Shown here: positions 49,823-58,717 of the stretch, one piece after another
Layout: each line of letters opens with the position of its first letter
How positions within the stretch are numbered: position 1 is the first letter of the stretch
Origin: an uncultured bacterium
GTDB taxonomy: Bacteria > Patescibacteriota > Patescibacteriia > CAIQCM01
Length of the DNA stretch: 64,000 bases
Direction of reading: 5' to 3'
NCBI GenBank assembly: GCA_963708045.1
Contig: OY970181.1
Span: 643,740 to 707,739 of the forward strand
Made by a program: the position numbers and the translations under genes
The notes under the pieces: generated by a model
The model's database searches: none
Seen by the model: only the letters and a program-made list of their open reading frames with translations
Told to the model about the DNA's origin: nothing

Positions 49823-49887
49823 CTCTTCGTTTTTGCTATCCACTCGCCCTACACCAATACTAAAATAAAAAATACAGTACACTTTTG

Positions 49888-49929
49888 ACTGTACACGTTT
49901 TCATCCGGCCGGATGAAAACGTGTACAGT
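49888..49929. repeat. Perfect 42-bp palindrome
   Basis: ACTGTACACGTTTTCATCCGG|CCGGATGAAAACGTGTACAGT. Confidence 0.9.
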
Positions 49930-49945
49930 AAAATTTTTTTTGTTT

Positions 49946-49985
49946 CCGTCTCACGGTTGTCTCGGGTGGGACAACGGTGAGGCGG
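49946..49985. terminator. Long imperfect hairpin with downstream T tract
   Basis: ccgtctcac-g-gttgtctc-gggt-gggacaac-g-gtgaggcgg. Confidence 0.55.
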
Positions 49986-50133
49986 GGAGTTTTTGCAAAT
50001 TTAAACTGATTCTAGTGTTGTTGAACGGAATTAAAAAAAGGTAGACCCTTTTGTGTCCTTTTTTAATTTATCAATTCGTTATAATAATGTAATATAACAA
50101 TTATCACTAAGGTAATTTAAATGTGACTAAAAT

Positions 50134-50883
50134 ATGACACCAGAAAAAGCCGGCCGAGGAGCGATAATGCTCAAATACGCGGCAATAGGTGAGTGTGTGT
50201 CGTTCGTAGCGACGCTGTTTTTCGTCGTTGTCACTTCGTATACGGCGTACGTGTTCAAATTTTTCAGTCCGTCCGCGTTCAATAAAGTAATAATATTTTT
50301 TGTAGCGTTGCTGGTTTGGCAAGCATCATCGGCGACTTACCGGATTTGGAAAAGGAATTCGGTAATTAAGAACAACGCCCTCCAGTCGGCCAAGCCGCCG
50401 GTTCCCCAAACGCCGCTTTCACCGGATGAAAAAGCCGTTGTCGTCGTTGCGCCTATCAGCTGGCGCAAATTTCCTGATTTTCGAAATCAAAATGAGTACC
50501 GCTCCATTTATCCTTCATGGTTTCCGCAGAACTCGCTCATCATCACCGACCGCGGATTGTTGTTCGTTTATGCGCCGTTATACTTGGGCGACCAGATGTT
50601 CGGCAAAAAGGTTTCGGTTGCTGATAGTAATTTTGTCTGGGCCGATAAACTGATCGTCGCAAAAATTCATGATCTGCTGGAGAAGAATTCGCTCAAAGAA
50701 GTTTACGAAAGCTACCCGGCAAATTTCCGCTTGGGTTTTGACGAAATTGAATCGATCCAGCATCCCGATCTTCCGTACATACTTCTGATCAAGCTAAAAA
50801 ACGGCTCACGTTTTATCGTTACCGTCAGATCAAGCGACGATTACGAAAAGGCCAGGCAGGTGTTGGGACAGAAGGGTTTTTAA
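50134..50883 (+). CDS. Hypothetical membrane protein with possible PH-like C-terminal domain
   Basis: 2 TMs, Pro-rich linker, LIITDRGLLF and FDEIESI patterns. Confidence 0.6.
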   Translation: MTPEKAGRGAIMLKYAAIGECVSFVATLFFVVVTSYTAYVFKFFSPSAFNKVIIFFVALLVWQASSATYRIWKRNSVIKNNALQSAKPPVPQTPLSPDEKAVVVVAPISWRKFPDFRNQNEYRSIYPSWFPQNSLIITDRGLLFVYAPLYLGDQMFGKKVSVADSNFVWADKLIVAKIHDLLEKNSLKEVYESYPANFRLGFDEIESIQHPDLPYILLIKLKNGSRFIVTVRSSDDYEKARQVLGQKGF

Positions 50884-50907
50884 AAGAATTAAGAAAAAAC
50901 TAAAGCG

Positions 50908-50937
50908 AAAACGAAGGGGGTACACTCCTTCGTTTTT
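50908..50937. terminator. Rho-independent terminator
   Basis: aaaacgaaggg/ccttcgttttt. Confidence 0.7.
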
Positions 50938-50943
50938 GGTATA

Positions 50944-50972
50944 TTGACACGAAAATGTTTTTCGGTTAATGT
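50944..50972 (+). promoter_or_regulatory. Sigma70-type promoter
   Basis: TTGACA-17 nt-TAATGT, then AAGGAG RBS and ATG at 51001. Confidence 0.65.
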
Positions 50973-51000
50973 AAAACGTTTTGAAAGATAAGGAGAGAAC

Positions 51001-51822
51001 ATGAACAAGCCAGTACCAGGAAACGACGTGAAATCGGCTTTTATCGCCGTCCAAATACGGCGGATGTGCGACAGATCTCTGTGTGTCCGAAGCAAAGCGG
51101 CTGGGCCTGAGCGATCTGCATAGCCAACTCGTGGCCGGTCACGGGCAGATGCATATACGAAACAGCTTGGCCGAGGCAGGGGAGGGCGTTGTAGATGTCG
51201 GCGAAATCTATGAGTTCGTGCGCTCTGTGGTCGTGATGGCCGCAGCGCATTTCCACGACCTTGAACAACTTGAGGCTGGGTGGGCAATGACGCTCTATCC
51301 GAGCATGGATATCATGCTGTTTGTTTGGGCGCGCGCCAAACGTTCTGGAACGAACGGCCTAGGCGCCTGCATCAAACTGCGTGACGAATTTCGCGTGCGC
51401 AACGAGGCAATCGCCAAGGTCGTCATCGGACATCTGCTTCGTTCCATGGATTCTACGGAACACGTTGAGACCTACACGGGCGCGTTCGCCGGGGAGATCG
51501 CTTTTCGCGTTTCCGACTACGCTGAATCGCTTCTTGAAGAGCTGCCGCCAGTTGCGGTCGATTTTCAGGAGCCTGCCAACGGCTTGGAAGCGCTCGAAAA
51601 TGTTCGACGAAGGCATTGCTCTTATTCCGGACGAGGACCTGCCGATCCTTCCTTACGAGATTAACGCCATTGACTGCGTTAATGCGTTCATGCGCGAGAT
51701 GCTGTCGCAAGCGGGCCGGCCAGCTGGCAGTATGGGGATCGTCAACCTCGAACCGCTCGAAAACGATTGGAAGGCATGTGGCGAAATACGCCTTTATCGC
51801 CTTGGGTCTGCCGCTCCACTGA
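51001..51822 (+). pseudogene. Hypothetical gene broken by three +1 frameshifts (~272 aa if repaired)
   Basis: Promoter, RBS and ATG at 51001; protein-like text passes through the ORFs at 51083, 51381 and 51616; ends just before a terminator. Confidence 0.55.
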
Positions 51823-51852
51823 GGATCGGCAACGGCTTACGCCACGCGAATG

Positions 51853-51884
51853 GGAGGATCCTTCGGGATCCTCCAATTTTTTTT
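51853..51884 (+). terminator. Rho-independent terminator
   Basis: ggaggatcc-ttcg-ggatcctcc followed by aa and a T tract. Confidence 0.85.
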
Positions 51885-51978
51885 GTCAGCATCCACACGG
51901 TGAGGCGAAGTTTGTGTGATATTTGACAAACGATTCCTTACAGTGTAAAAAATTCCCAGGACAACAACAGGAGTACCA

Positions 51979-52272
51979 ATGACCGAAACCGCTAGACAGC
52001 TCATTTTCGTCGTCAGCCAAATGATGTTTGTGACAGGTGTCATAATCATCGCCCTCGCCAGCTGTGAGGCAAAGAGCATACCGCGCCTGTTCAAGGCGTT
52101 CGCCGCCGTTGTCGCTTTGGTGATGAGTGCACTGTCCTTTCACGCGCTCATCACCAATCCGCACTTCGGTATTTCGCTCAATTATGCCTGTGTCGTCGTC
52201 GCCGGAGCCAGTATCGTCGCCTTGTTGGTGGCGGTTACAGCCTCGCGTCGTTCGTCGCCGGCGGTCAACTGA
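51979..52272 (+). CDS. Small 3-TM hypothetical protein
   Basis: TTGACA at 51923, CAGGAG RBS, hydrophobic ORF, downstream terminator. Confidence 0.6.
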   Translation: MTETARQLIFVVSQMMFVTGVIIIALASCEAKSIPRLFKAFAAVVALVMSALSFHALITNPHFGISLNYACVVVAGASIVALLVAVTASRRSSPAVN

Positions 52273-52295
52273 CCGCCAACTAGGGCACATCACAC

Positions 52296-52322
52296 GGGGT
52301 CGCTTCGGCGACCCTTGTTTTT
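52296..52322 (+). terminator. Rho-independent terminator
   Basis: gggtcgc-ttcg-gcgaccc followed by a T tract. Confidence 0.8.
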
Positions 52323-52397
52323 ATATGCAAAGGGAACTGAGATTGTTGCGGAGGAATAGCCGGTGTACATCGGGGTGGTATTTGGTACAATAAAAAA

Positions 52398-53141
52398 ATG
52401 ATTCACTTTACGCCGATACCGCAAATAACCGTATTTTTTTGGCAGGTTCCTGTTCACGGGCTTTTGATTGCTGTTGGTTTTTTGATTGCTTTATTTTTTG
52501 CGACCCGCGAGGCAAGGCGGCGCGGGTTGAATACGGCGCCGCTTGAAAATGCTGCGGCAGTTGGCGCGATTATTGGCTTAATCGGCGCGCGCCTTGTTTA
52601 CTTAATTTTTTGGGGCGGGGGAATGAGTCTATTGGAAATGTTGCGCGTTTGGGACGGCGGGCTTTCTTCGCATGGTGGATATATTTTTGGCGTCATTGCT
52701 GCTTGGTTATATTTAAAAATCTATAAAGTTGACGTTCTTGGTTATTTTGATGCAGCCGCGCCTTTCATTCTTTTAGGGTGGGCGATTGGGCGGCTGGGGT
52801 GCTTTCTAAATTGGGACTCATACGGCAAGATTGGTGATTCGTTTTTTTCTATTGTTGTTCTTGGCGAAAGCCGTTTCCCGACCCAACTTTTTGAAGCGGC
52901 AGGATATTTAATCGGGTTTGCTGTTTGTTATCTTTGTTTGCAAAAGTTTGCAGGTAGGCTTAAAAAAGGGGGGATTCTCGCTCTTTCATTATGTTTGTTT
53001 GCGGCGGTAAGATTTTCTGTTGATTTTTTGCGCGACGATCCGTTTTCTTATTTTTTATTTTCGCAGGTTTTAACGGGCCTGATTCTATTGGTTTCGGGAA
53101 TTTATTTTTTGCGAAGCATAAACAAAAAAATCGTGATATAA
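52398..53141 (+). CDS. lgt: Prolipoprotein diacylglyceryl transferase
   Basis: GARLVY, WDGGLSSHGG, IGRLGCFLN, RFPTQLFE, RFSVDFLR. Confidence 0.93.
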   Translation: MIHFTPIPQITVFFWQVPVHGLLIAVGFLIALFFATREARRRGLNTAPLENAAAVGAIIGLIGARLVYLIFWGGGMSLLEMLRVWDGGLSSHGGYIFGVIAAWLYLKIYKVDVLGYFDAAAPFILLGWAIGRLGCFLNWDSYGKIGDSFFSIVVLGESRFPTQLFEAAGYLIGFAVCYLCLQKFAGRLKKGGILALSLCLFAAVRFSVDFLRDDPFSYFLFSQVLTGLILLVSGIYFLRSINKKIVI

Positions 53142-53200
53142 TAATTAACTTATAAACGACGAAGGGTTGATTCTTGGTCATAGACGTTAATTAAACAAGT

Positions 53201-54541
53201 ATGGCGAAAAAAAGTACCAATAGCGCCAAAGCGTGGGTTGTTGCCGTCACCATGGGTTACGGTCACCTCCGCGCCGCTTATCCGCTTCGCGATTTAGCTG
53301 ACGCGAAACACTATCTTTTTGCCGACGAATACGAGGGAATGCCGGCGTCCGACCGTTCCATTTGGAAAAATAGCCGTAAATTATACGAAACCATTTCCCG
53401 TTTTCGCGTTGTCCCAATCATTGGTGAGCCGATTTTTTCTTTGCTTGATCGCTGGCAGTCGCTTAAAATGTTTTACCCGGAACGCGATCTTTCCAAACCA
53501 ACCTTTCCTGTGCGCCAAGCCTATGCGTTTTTCCGCCGGGGTTTTATGGAGCATTTTATCAGGCGCTTGGCCAAAGAGCCCATACCGCTCGTGACCTCGT
53601 TTTTTTATGTGGCACAGGCGGCTGAATTTTATAATTACCCCAACGAAATTTATTGCGTTATTTGCGACAGCGATATGTCGCGAAGCTGGGTCGCGCAAGA
53701 GCCGCAAAAAAGCCGGATAAAATATTTTGCGCCAAATCGTCGCGTTGTGGAAAGACTTAGGGAATATGGCGTACCGGATAAGAATATATTTTTAACGGGC
53801 TTTCCGCTTCCAAAAGAGCTTATCGGCGGATTGGAATATAAAACGCTAAAAAAAGACCTCGCGCACCGGCTATTTAATCTAGATACCAGTGGTATTTATG
53901 CAGCGCGTTTTGGTCCGGCCGTGCAAAAGTTGCTTGGAAAAGAAAATTATCCTGGGCATAACGGTCATCCGCTTACGCTCGCGTTTGCCGTTGGCGGCGC
54001 TGGCGCCCAGCGTGAAATGGCAATGCCGATTTTGCGGAGTCTTAAGTCTAAAATAAAAAGCGGCGCGATTCGCGTAATTCTCATTGCCGGTAACCGTCGC
54101 GAGGTTGCGGATTATTTTGAAAACGTTATCAAACAGAACGGTCTTGCACCGTATAAAAATTTTGTTTCCGTTCTTGTTGGGCGCGACAAGCAAGAATATT
54201 TTGAAATGTTTGACAACGCCTTGCGCACCATAGACGTGCTTTGGACAAAGCCGTCCGAATTGTCTTTTTATTCGGCGCTAGGCATTCCGATAATTATTGC
54301 GCCGACCATTGGTTCGCAAGAAGATTTTAATTCCTGGTGGCTTAGGAGTATTGGCGGCGGTATACCGCAACTTGATCCGGCTTATTGCGACGAGTGGCTT
54401 ACCGACTGGCTTTCATCGGGTTGGCTCGCGCGCGCCGCCGTGGCTGGCTTTACGAACGCGCCTAAGCGCGGCGTTTATCGCATTGACGAGATCGTCACAA
54501 AAGGCGCGCCAAGTTTGCCTGAGCCGATTGAACCTGTTTAA
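53201..54541 (+). CDS. GT-B glycosyltransferase (MGDG synthase/UgtP-like)
   Basis: MGYGHLRAA, LTGFPL, VGGAG, LWTKPSE, GSQEDFN. Confidence 0.7.
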   Translation: MAKKSTNSAKAWVVAVTMGYGHLRAAYPLRDLADAKHYLFADEYEGMPASDRSIWKNSRKLYETISRFRVVPIIGEPIFSLLDRWQSLKMFYPERDLSKPTFPVRQAYAFFRRGFMEHFIRRLAKEPIPLVTSFFYVAQAAEFYNYPNEIYCVICDSDMSRSWVAQEPQKSRIKYFAPNRRVVERLREYGVPDKNIFLTGFPLPKELIGGLEYKTLKKDLAHRLFNLDTSGIYAARFGPAVQKLLGKENYPGHNGHPLTLAFAVGGAGAQREMAMPILRSLKSKIKSGAIRVILIAGNRREVADYFENVIKQNGLAPYKNFVSVLVGRDKQEYFEMFDNALRTIDVLWTKPSELSFYSALGIPIIIAPTIGSQEDFNSWWLRSIGGGIPQLDPAYCDEWLTDWLSSGWLARAAVAGFTNAPKRGVYRIDEIVTKGAPSLPEPIEPV

Positions 54542-54543
54542 TA

Positions 54544-55101
54544 ATGACAACTCGCTACCCCAATTTATTAGTTTTTTTAGCAGGGCTCGCGATATCTTTG
54601 GTATTATTTTTTACAGGTAGCCTTGTTTATGCCGTTGATTTTCTTGGCAAGCTGAGTTATCTCGGTTCTTTAATATTGGGCGCCCTCTATGCTTCGGCTT
54701 TAACCGGTGGCTTTGCTTCGGTTGCCTTTGTAGCGATCGGCGAAAAAAATAATCCGCTCGTCGTCGCGATTTTAGGCGGTCTTGGGGCAATGTTTGCCGA
54801 TTTTTTAATATTCCGTTTTATAAAAATCGGAATCATCAGCGAAATAAAACTTTTGTTTGAGGGACGTTTTAATTTAATCAGAACGCAAAGAATAAAAAAT
54901 TTTGTCGGTTTGCGTTTGTTTCGTGTTCCGGCGCTGCTGTTTGGATTTTTGGTGATCGCTTCGCCGCTTCCCGACGAACTTGGAATTTTTATTCTCGCGT
55001 CGCTCGGCGTTAGGATCAAGCGGTCGGCGCCTTTGTTTTTTATTCTGAACGCATCCGGAATTTATTTGCTGGCCTTGGTCGGCGCCGCGATCGCTCAGTA
55101 A
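54544..55101 (+). CDS. Hypothetical membrane protein (VTT/DedA-like)
   Basis: Multiple TMs; GGLGAMFAD, ASPLPDELG. Confidence 0.6.
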   Translation: MTTRYPNLLVFLAGLAISLVLFFTGSLVYAVDFLGKLSYLGSLILGALYASALTGGFASVAFVAIGEKNNPLVVAILGGLGAMFADFLIFRFIKIGIISEIKLLFEGRFNLIRTQRIKNFVGLRLFRVPALLFGFLVIASPLPDELGIFILASLGVRIKRSAPLFFILNASGIYLLALVGAAIAQ

Positions 55102-55107
55102 CGTTTT

Positions 55108-57672
55108 ATGAACACACAAGACTATTACTCTCTCGGCACGGCGGAAGTTTTTAACGATCTTAAATCAATGCGTTCGGGAATTACCGAGCGCGAGGCTGAG
55201 GCACGTTTAAAACATTTTGGCTTAAACGAACTGCCTTCGCCGCCGGCAATTTCTTCAATCAAAATTTTTTTAAGACAAATTATCTCGCCGCTCGTTTTAC
55301 TGTTGGTTATTGCGGCAATGATCTCGTTATTTTTGGGAAAAGGAAATGACGCACTATTGATTATTGCAACCGTACTCATAACGGTTATATTTGGTTTTTT
55401 TCAAGAGATAAAAGCCGAACGCTCGCTTGAGGCGCTTAGAAAAGCCGTTAGAAGTACAGCCAGAGTAATTAGAGATGGAAAAGAATTGTTGCTCGCGACG
55501 AGTATGATCGTTCCAGGTGACGTAATAATTTTTTCTGAAGGCGATCGCTTGCCGGCTGATTTGCGAATTATTGAAGCATCAAGTTTATCAACTAACGAAG
55601 CCTTGCTCTCTGGCGAATCACTGCCCTCAGAAAAACAAATTCATTCTTTGCCAAAAAATACCATCTTGGCCGAAAGGTCAAATATGGTTTTTGCCGGCAC
55701 GACGGTTGTTTCCGGCGAAGGCGAAGGCGTGGTTGTCGCGACCGGCCTTGCAACCGAGATTGGCAAAATTGCCGGCGCACTTCAGACGGTTAAAGATGAG
55801 CCGTCACTGCTCTCACTTCAGATTAAGCGAATGACGATTGTGATAACAATAATGATTGTCGCCGCGGGAACGGTGGTTTTCTCGGTTGGTTTATGGCAAG
55901 GGCGACCGCTTTTTGAAATGCTGGTTTTGTCGGTCGCGGCGATTGTTTCGGCGATTCCCGAAGGTTTGGCTGTTTCCGTAACCGTAATTATGGCCGTTGG
56001 AATGCTTAAACTGCATAAGGCCAATGCTTTGGTAAGACGGCTCTCTTCGGCTGAAACTCTTGGTTCAGTTTCAGTGATTTGTTTTGACAAAACCGGCACT
56101 TTAACCGAAGGAAAAATGTCGCTCATTCAGATTGTTGGCGATAAAAAACTCGCGGCCGAACTTATTGTTTCCGGAGTTTCGGCACGCGTCACCAATATTC
56201 ACGAACCAGAAGCGTCTTGGCGGGTGTCTGGCGAAAGCACCGAAGCAGCGTTGCTCGCTGGCGCGCTCAAAGAAAATGTCGCGAACGAATACAAGAAAAA
56301 AGTTGTAATTGAAGATTTGCCATTTTCTTCGGAAAGAGGTTTTCGTGCGACGCTTACCGAAATCGCGGATGGTTATCGTCTAACCGTGATCGGCCAGCCT
56401 GAACTTCTTTTGGATTATTCAAAACATGCCAATAAGGAGATTTTGAGTGATTGGCGTGAACGGGTCAAACAAATGGCAAGCGAGGGGACGCGAGTTTTGG
56501 GAATCGCGACAAAAAAACTTAATACGCCGATTAATTTATCCGACGCCGTTGCTGTGTTGTCGTCTTTGGAATTTGTCGCCTTGGCGGGATTGGCCGATCC
56601 GCTTCGTCAAAATTCTAAACAAGCAATTGGGCGAATTCGCGCAGCTGGTATTAGGGCAATAATGATAACCGGCGACAATTCGGTTACGGCCGCGGCGATC
56701 GCAAAAAAGTCTGGAATTATTGATTCTGACGCACGCGCCATTGCTTGGTCGGAAATTGAAAATTTGCCGCCCGAAGGGTTTGTTAGGGCGCTTGGCCGCT
56801 ATGACGTTTTTGCCCGCGTTCCGCCATCGGAAAAATTGCGCATCATCGGGGCACTGCAAGGAGCAGGGGAAACTGTCGCGATGACTGGGGACGGCGTTAA
56901 TGACGCGCCAGCTTTAAAACGCGCCTCAATTGGCGTGGTTATGGGTAGTGGCACCGACGTTGCCAAAGAAACTGGCGATCTTATTTTGCTTGACGATAAT
57001 TTGGAAACGATCGTTAAAGCCATAAGCGGCGGACGAAGAATTTTTGACAATATTCGTAAGGTCACGCTTTTTTTACTAATGGATTCTTTTCAGGAAATGT
57101 TGCTCATTGTCGTCACGATTGCCTGGAATTGGTCGTTGCCAATTTTGCCCGTTCAAATTCTTTGGGTTAATTTAATTGGTGACACTTTGCCCGCGTTCGC
57201 GCTGGCTTTTGAGCCTCACGAGTCGCGGGTTATGCAAGAATCGCCGCGGCGGCGCGGTGGCGGAATTTTGGACAAGCGATATCGTAACTTTTTATTTTTT
57301 TCCGGCGCCTTCACTTCGGTAATTTTTATTGTCTTTGTCGCCTTGCTCATTTGGACCGAGACGGACATAAATTATATTCGCACAATGACCTTCGTGGCTT
57401 TGGGTATTGATTCGTTGTTTATTATCTTTTCTTTGCGGCGTTTGCGAGAGAGTGTTTTTACAGGAAGCCCGTTTCAAAATCCGCTGGTAATTTTTGCGGT
57501 TTTGGCCGGTTTCTTTCTGTATTTTATCGCCTTATATTTTCCGCCCCTGGCCGCACTTTTTGGGAATGTGCCGCTCGGGTGGTATGATTGGAGTAAGCTC
57601 TTTGTTTTCGGGCTTATACAGTTAGTTGTGATTGATTTAATTAAAACTAAAATGTTTGCGCATAAAAAATGA
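55108..57672 (+). CDS. P-type ATPase, type II cation (Ca2+-like) transporter
   Basis: SGES, IPEGL, DKTGTLT, ITGD, TGDGVNDAPAL. Confidence 0.95.
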   Translation: MNTQDYYSLGTAEVFNDLKSMRSGITEREAEARLKHFGLNELPSPPAISSIKIFLRQIISPLVLLLVIAAMISLFLGKGNDALLIIATVLITVIFGFFQEIKAERSLEALRKAVRSTARVIRDGKELLLATSMIVPGDVIIFSEGDRLPADLRIIEASSLSTNEALLSGESLPSEKQIHSLPKNTILAERSNMVFAGTTVVSGEGEGVVVATGLATEIGKIAGALQTVKDEPSLLSLQIKRMTIVITIMIVAAGTVVFSVGLWQGRPLFEMLVLSVAAIVSAIPEGLAVSVTVIMAVGMLKLHKANALVRRLSSAETLGSVSVICFDKTGTLTEGKMSLIQIVGDKKLAAELIVSGVSARVTNIHEPEASWRVSGESTEAALLAGALKENVANEYKKKVVIEDLPFSSERGFRATLTEIADGYRLTVIGQPELLLDYSKHANKEILSDWRERVKQMASEGTRVLGIATKKLNTPINLSDAVAVLSSLEFVALAGLADPLRQNSKQAIGRIRAAGIRAIMITGDNSVTAAAIAKKSGIIDSDARAIAWSEIENLPPEGFVRALGRYDVFARVPPSEKLRIIGALQGAGETVAMTGDGVNDAPALKRASIGVVMGSGTDVAKETGDLILLDDNLETIVKAISGGRRIFDNIRKVTLFLLMDSFQEMLLIVVTIAWNWSLPILPVQILWVNLIGDTLPAFALAFEPHESRVMQESPRRRGGGILDKRYRNFLFFSGAFTSVIFIVFVALLIWTETDINYIRTMTFVALGIDSLFIIFSLRRLRESVFTGSPFQNPLVIFAVLAGFFLYFIALYFPPLAALFGNVPLGWYDWSKLFVFGLIQLVVIDLIKTKMFAHKK

Positions 57673-58709
57673 ATTTTTTATTTAAAAAATATAAAAATCT
57701 AGGAAAAGTAAAAGTTAAACGTTGGGTTCCGGCCGTGATCGTCGTTGGAATTATTTTATTCGTTTTTTGTTTTAATGTTATTCGTGACAACGTCGGAACA
57801 ATGACGCCTATTAAATGGGGTGTTACGTTCTCAAAAAAATATGCCGAAGAGCTTGGTTTGGATTGGAAGCATGTTTTTGTGGCGGCGCTAGACGAGCTTA
57901 ATGTAAAAAATTTCCGCCTTCCTATTCCTTGGGACAGCGTTGAATCGGTCCGCGGCACATATGACTTTAAAGACATAGACTGGATGTTGGACGAAGCGGA
58001 AAAAAGAAATGCCAAAGTTTTTTTGGCAATCGGACGGCGAACACCGCGTTGGCCAGAATGCCACACGCCAGAATGGGCCAAAACTTTGCGTCTCGCTGAT
58101 CAAAATCAACAACTTAAAAGTTTGTTGCGCGCCGAGGTAGAGCATTTTAAAGGCCGTAATTCGGTCGTTGCCTGGCAAATTGAAAACGAGCCGCTTTTAG
58201 ATGTTTTTGGCGTTTGTCCTCCAGGCGACGTTAAGTTTCTCTCCGAAGAGGTAAGGCTCGTTAAGTCGTTGGATAATTCTCGCCCAATTATTATTACCGA
58301 TTCCGGCGAATTGTCATTTTGGATTAGGACTGGCTGGCACGCCGACATTCTGGGAATTTCAATGTATCGCGCGAGTTGGAACAAATGGTTTGGCTATTTC
58401 TTTTACCCAATCACGCCGGCTTTTTATCGCGAAAAGGCACAAGCGGTTTATCCGATCGTAAAAAAAATCATCGTCACCGAACTTCAAGCTGAGCCATGGC
58501 CAGGCAATCAAAAGTCTATTCCCGAAACGTCAATTCCGGAACAATATCGTTCAATGAATATTCAGCGTTTTTATGACAATGTTGAATTTGCTCGGCGTGT
58601 TGGTTTTTCTGAAGTGTATTTGTGGGGTGTTGAGTGGTGGTATTGGATCCGCGAGCGCGGCGATTCATCTTTTTGGAATGCGGCCAGAAATTTATTTATG
58701 GAAAAATAA
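57669..58709 (+). CDS. Membrane-anchored clan GH-A glycoside hydrolase (GH42/GH5-like)
   Basis: WQIENEP, TELQAEPW, LWGVEWW; paralog of 2083-3135. Confidence 0.75.
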   Translation: MNFLFKKYKNLGKVKVKRWVPAVIVVGIILFVFCFNVIRDNVGTMTPIKWGVTFSKKYAEELGLDWKHVFVAALDELNVKNFRLPIPWDSVESVRGTYDFKDIDWMLDEAEKRNAKVFLAIGRRTPRWPECHTPEWAKTLRLADQNQQLKSLLRAEVEHFKGRNSVVAWQIENEPLLDVFGVCPPGDVKFLSEEVRLVKSLDNSRPIIITDSGELSFWIRTGWHADILGISMYRASWNKWFGYFFYPITPAFYREKAQAVYPIVKKIIVTELQAEPWPGNQKSIPETSIPEQYRSMNIQRFYDNVEFARRVGFSEVYLWGVEWWYWIRERGDSSFWNAARNLFMEK

Positions 58710-58717
58710 ATTTTGTT

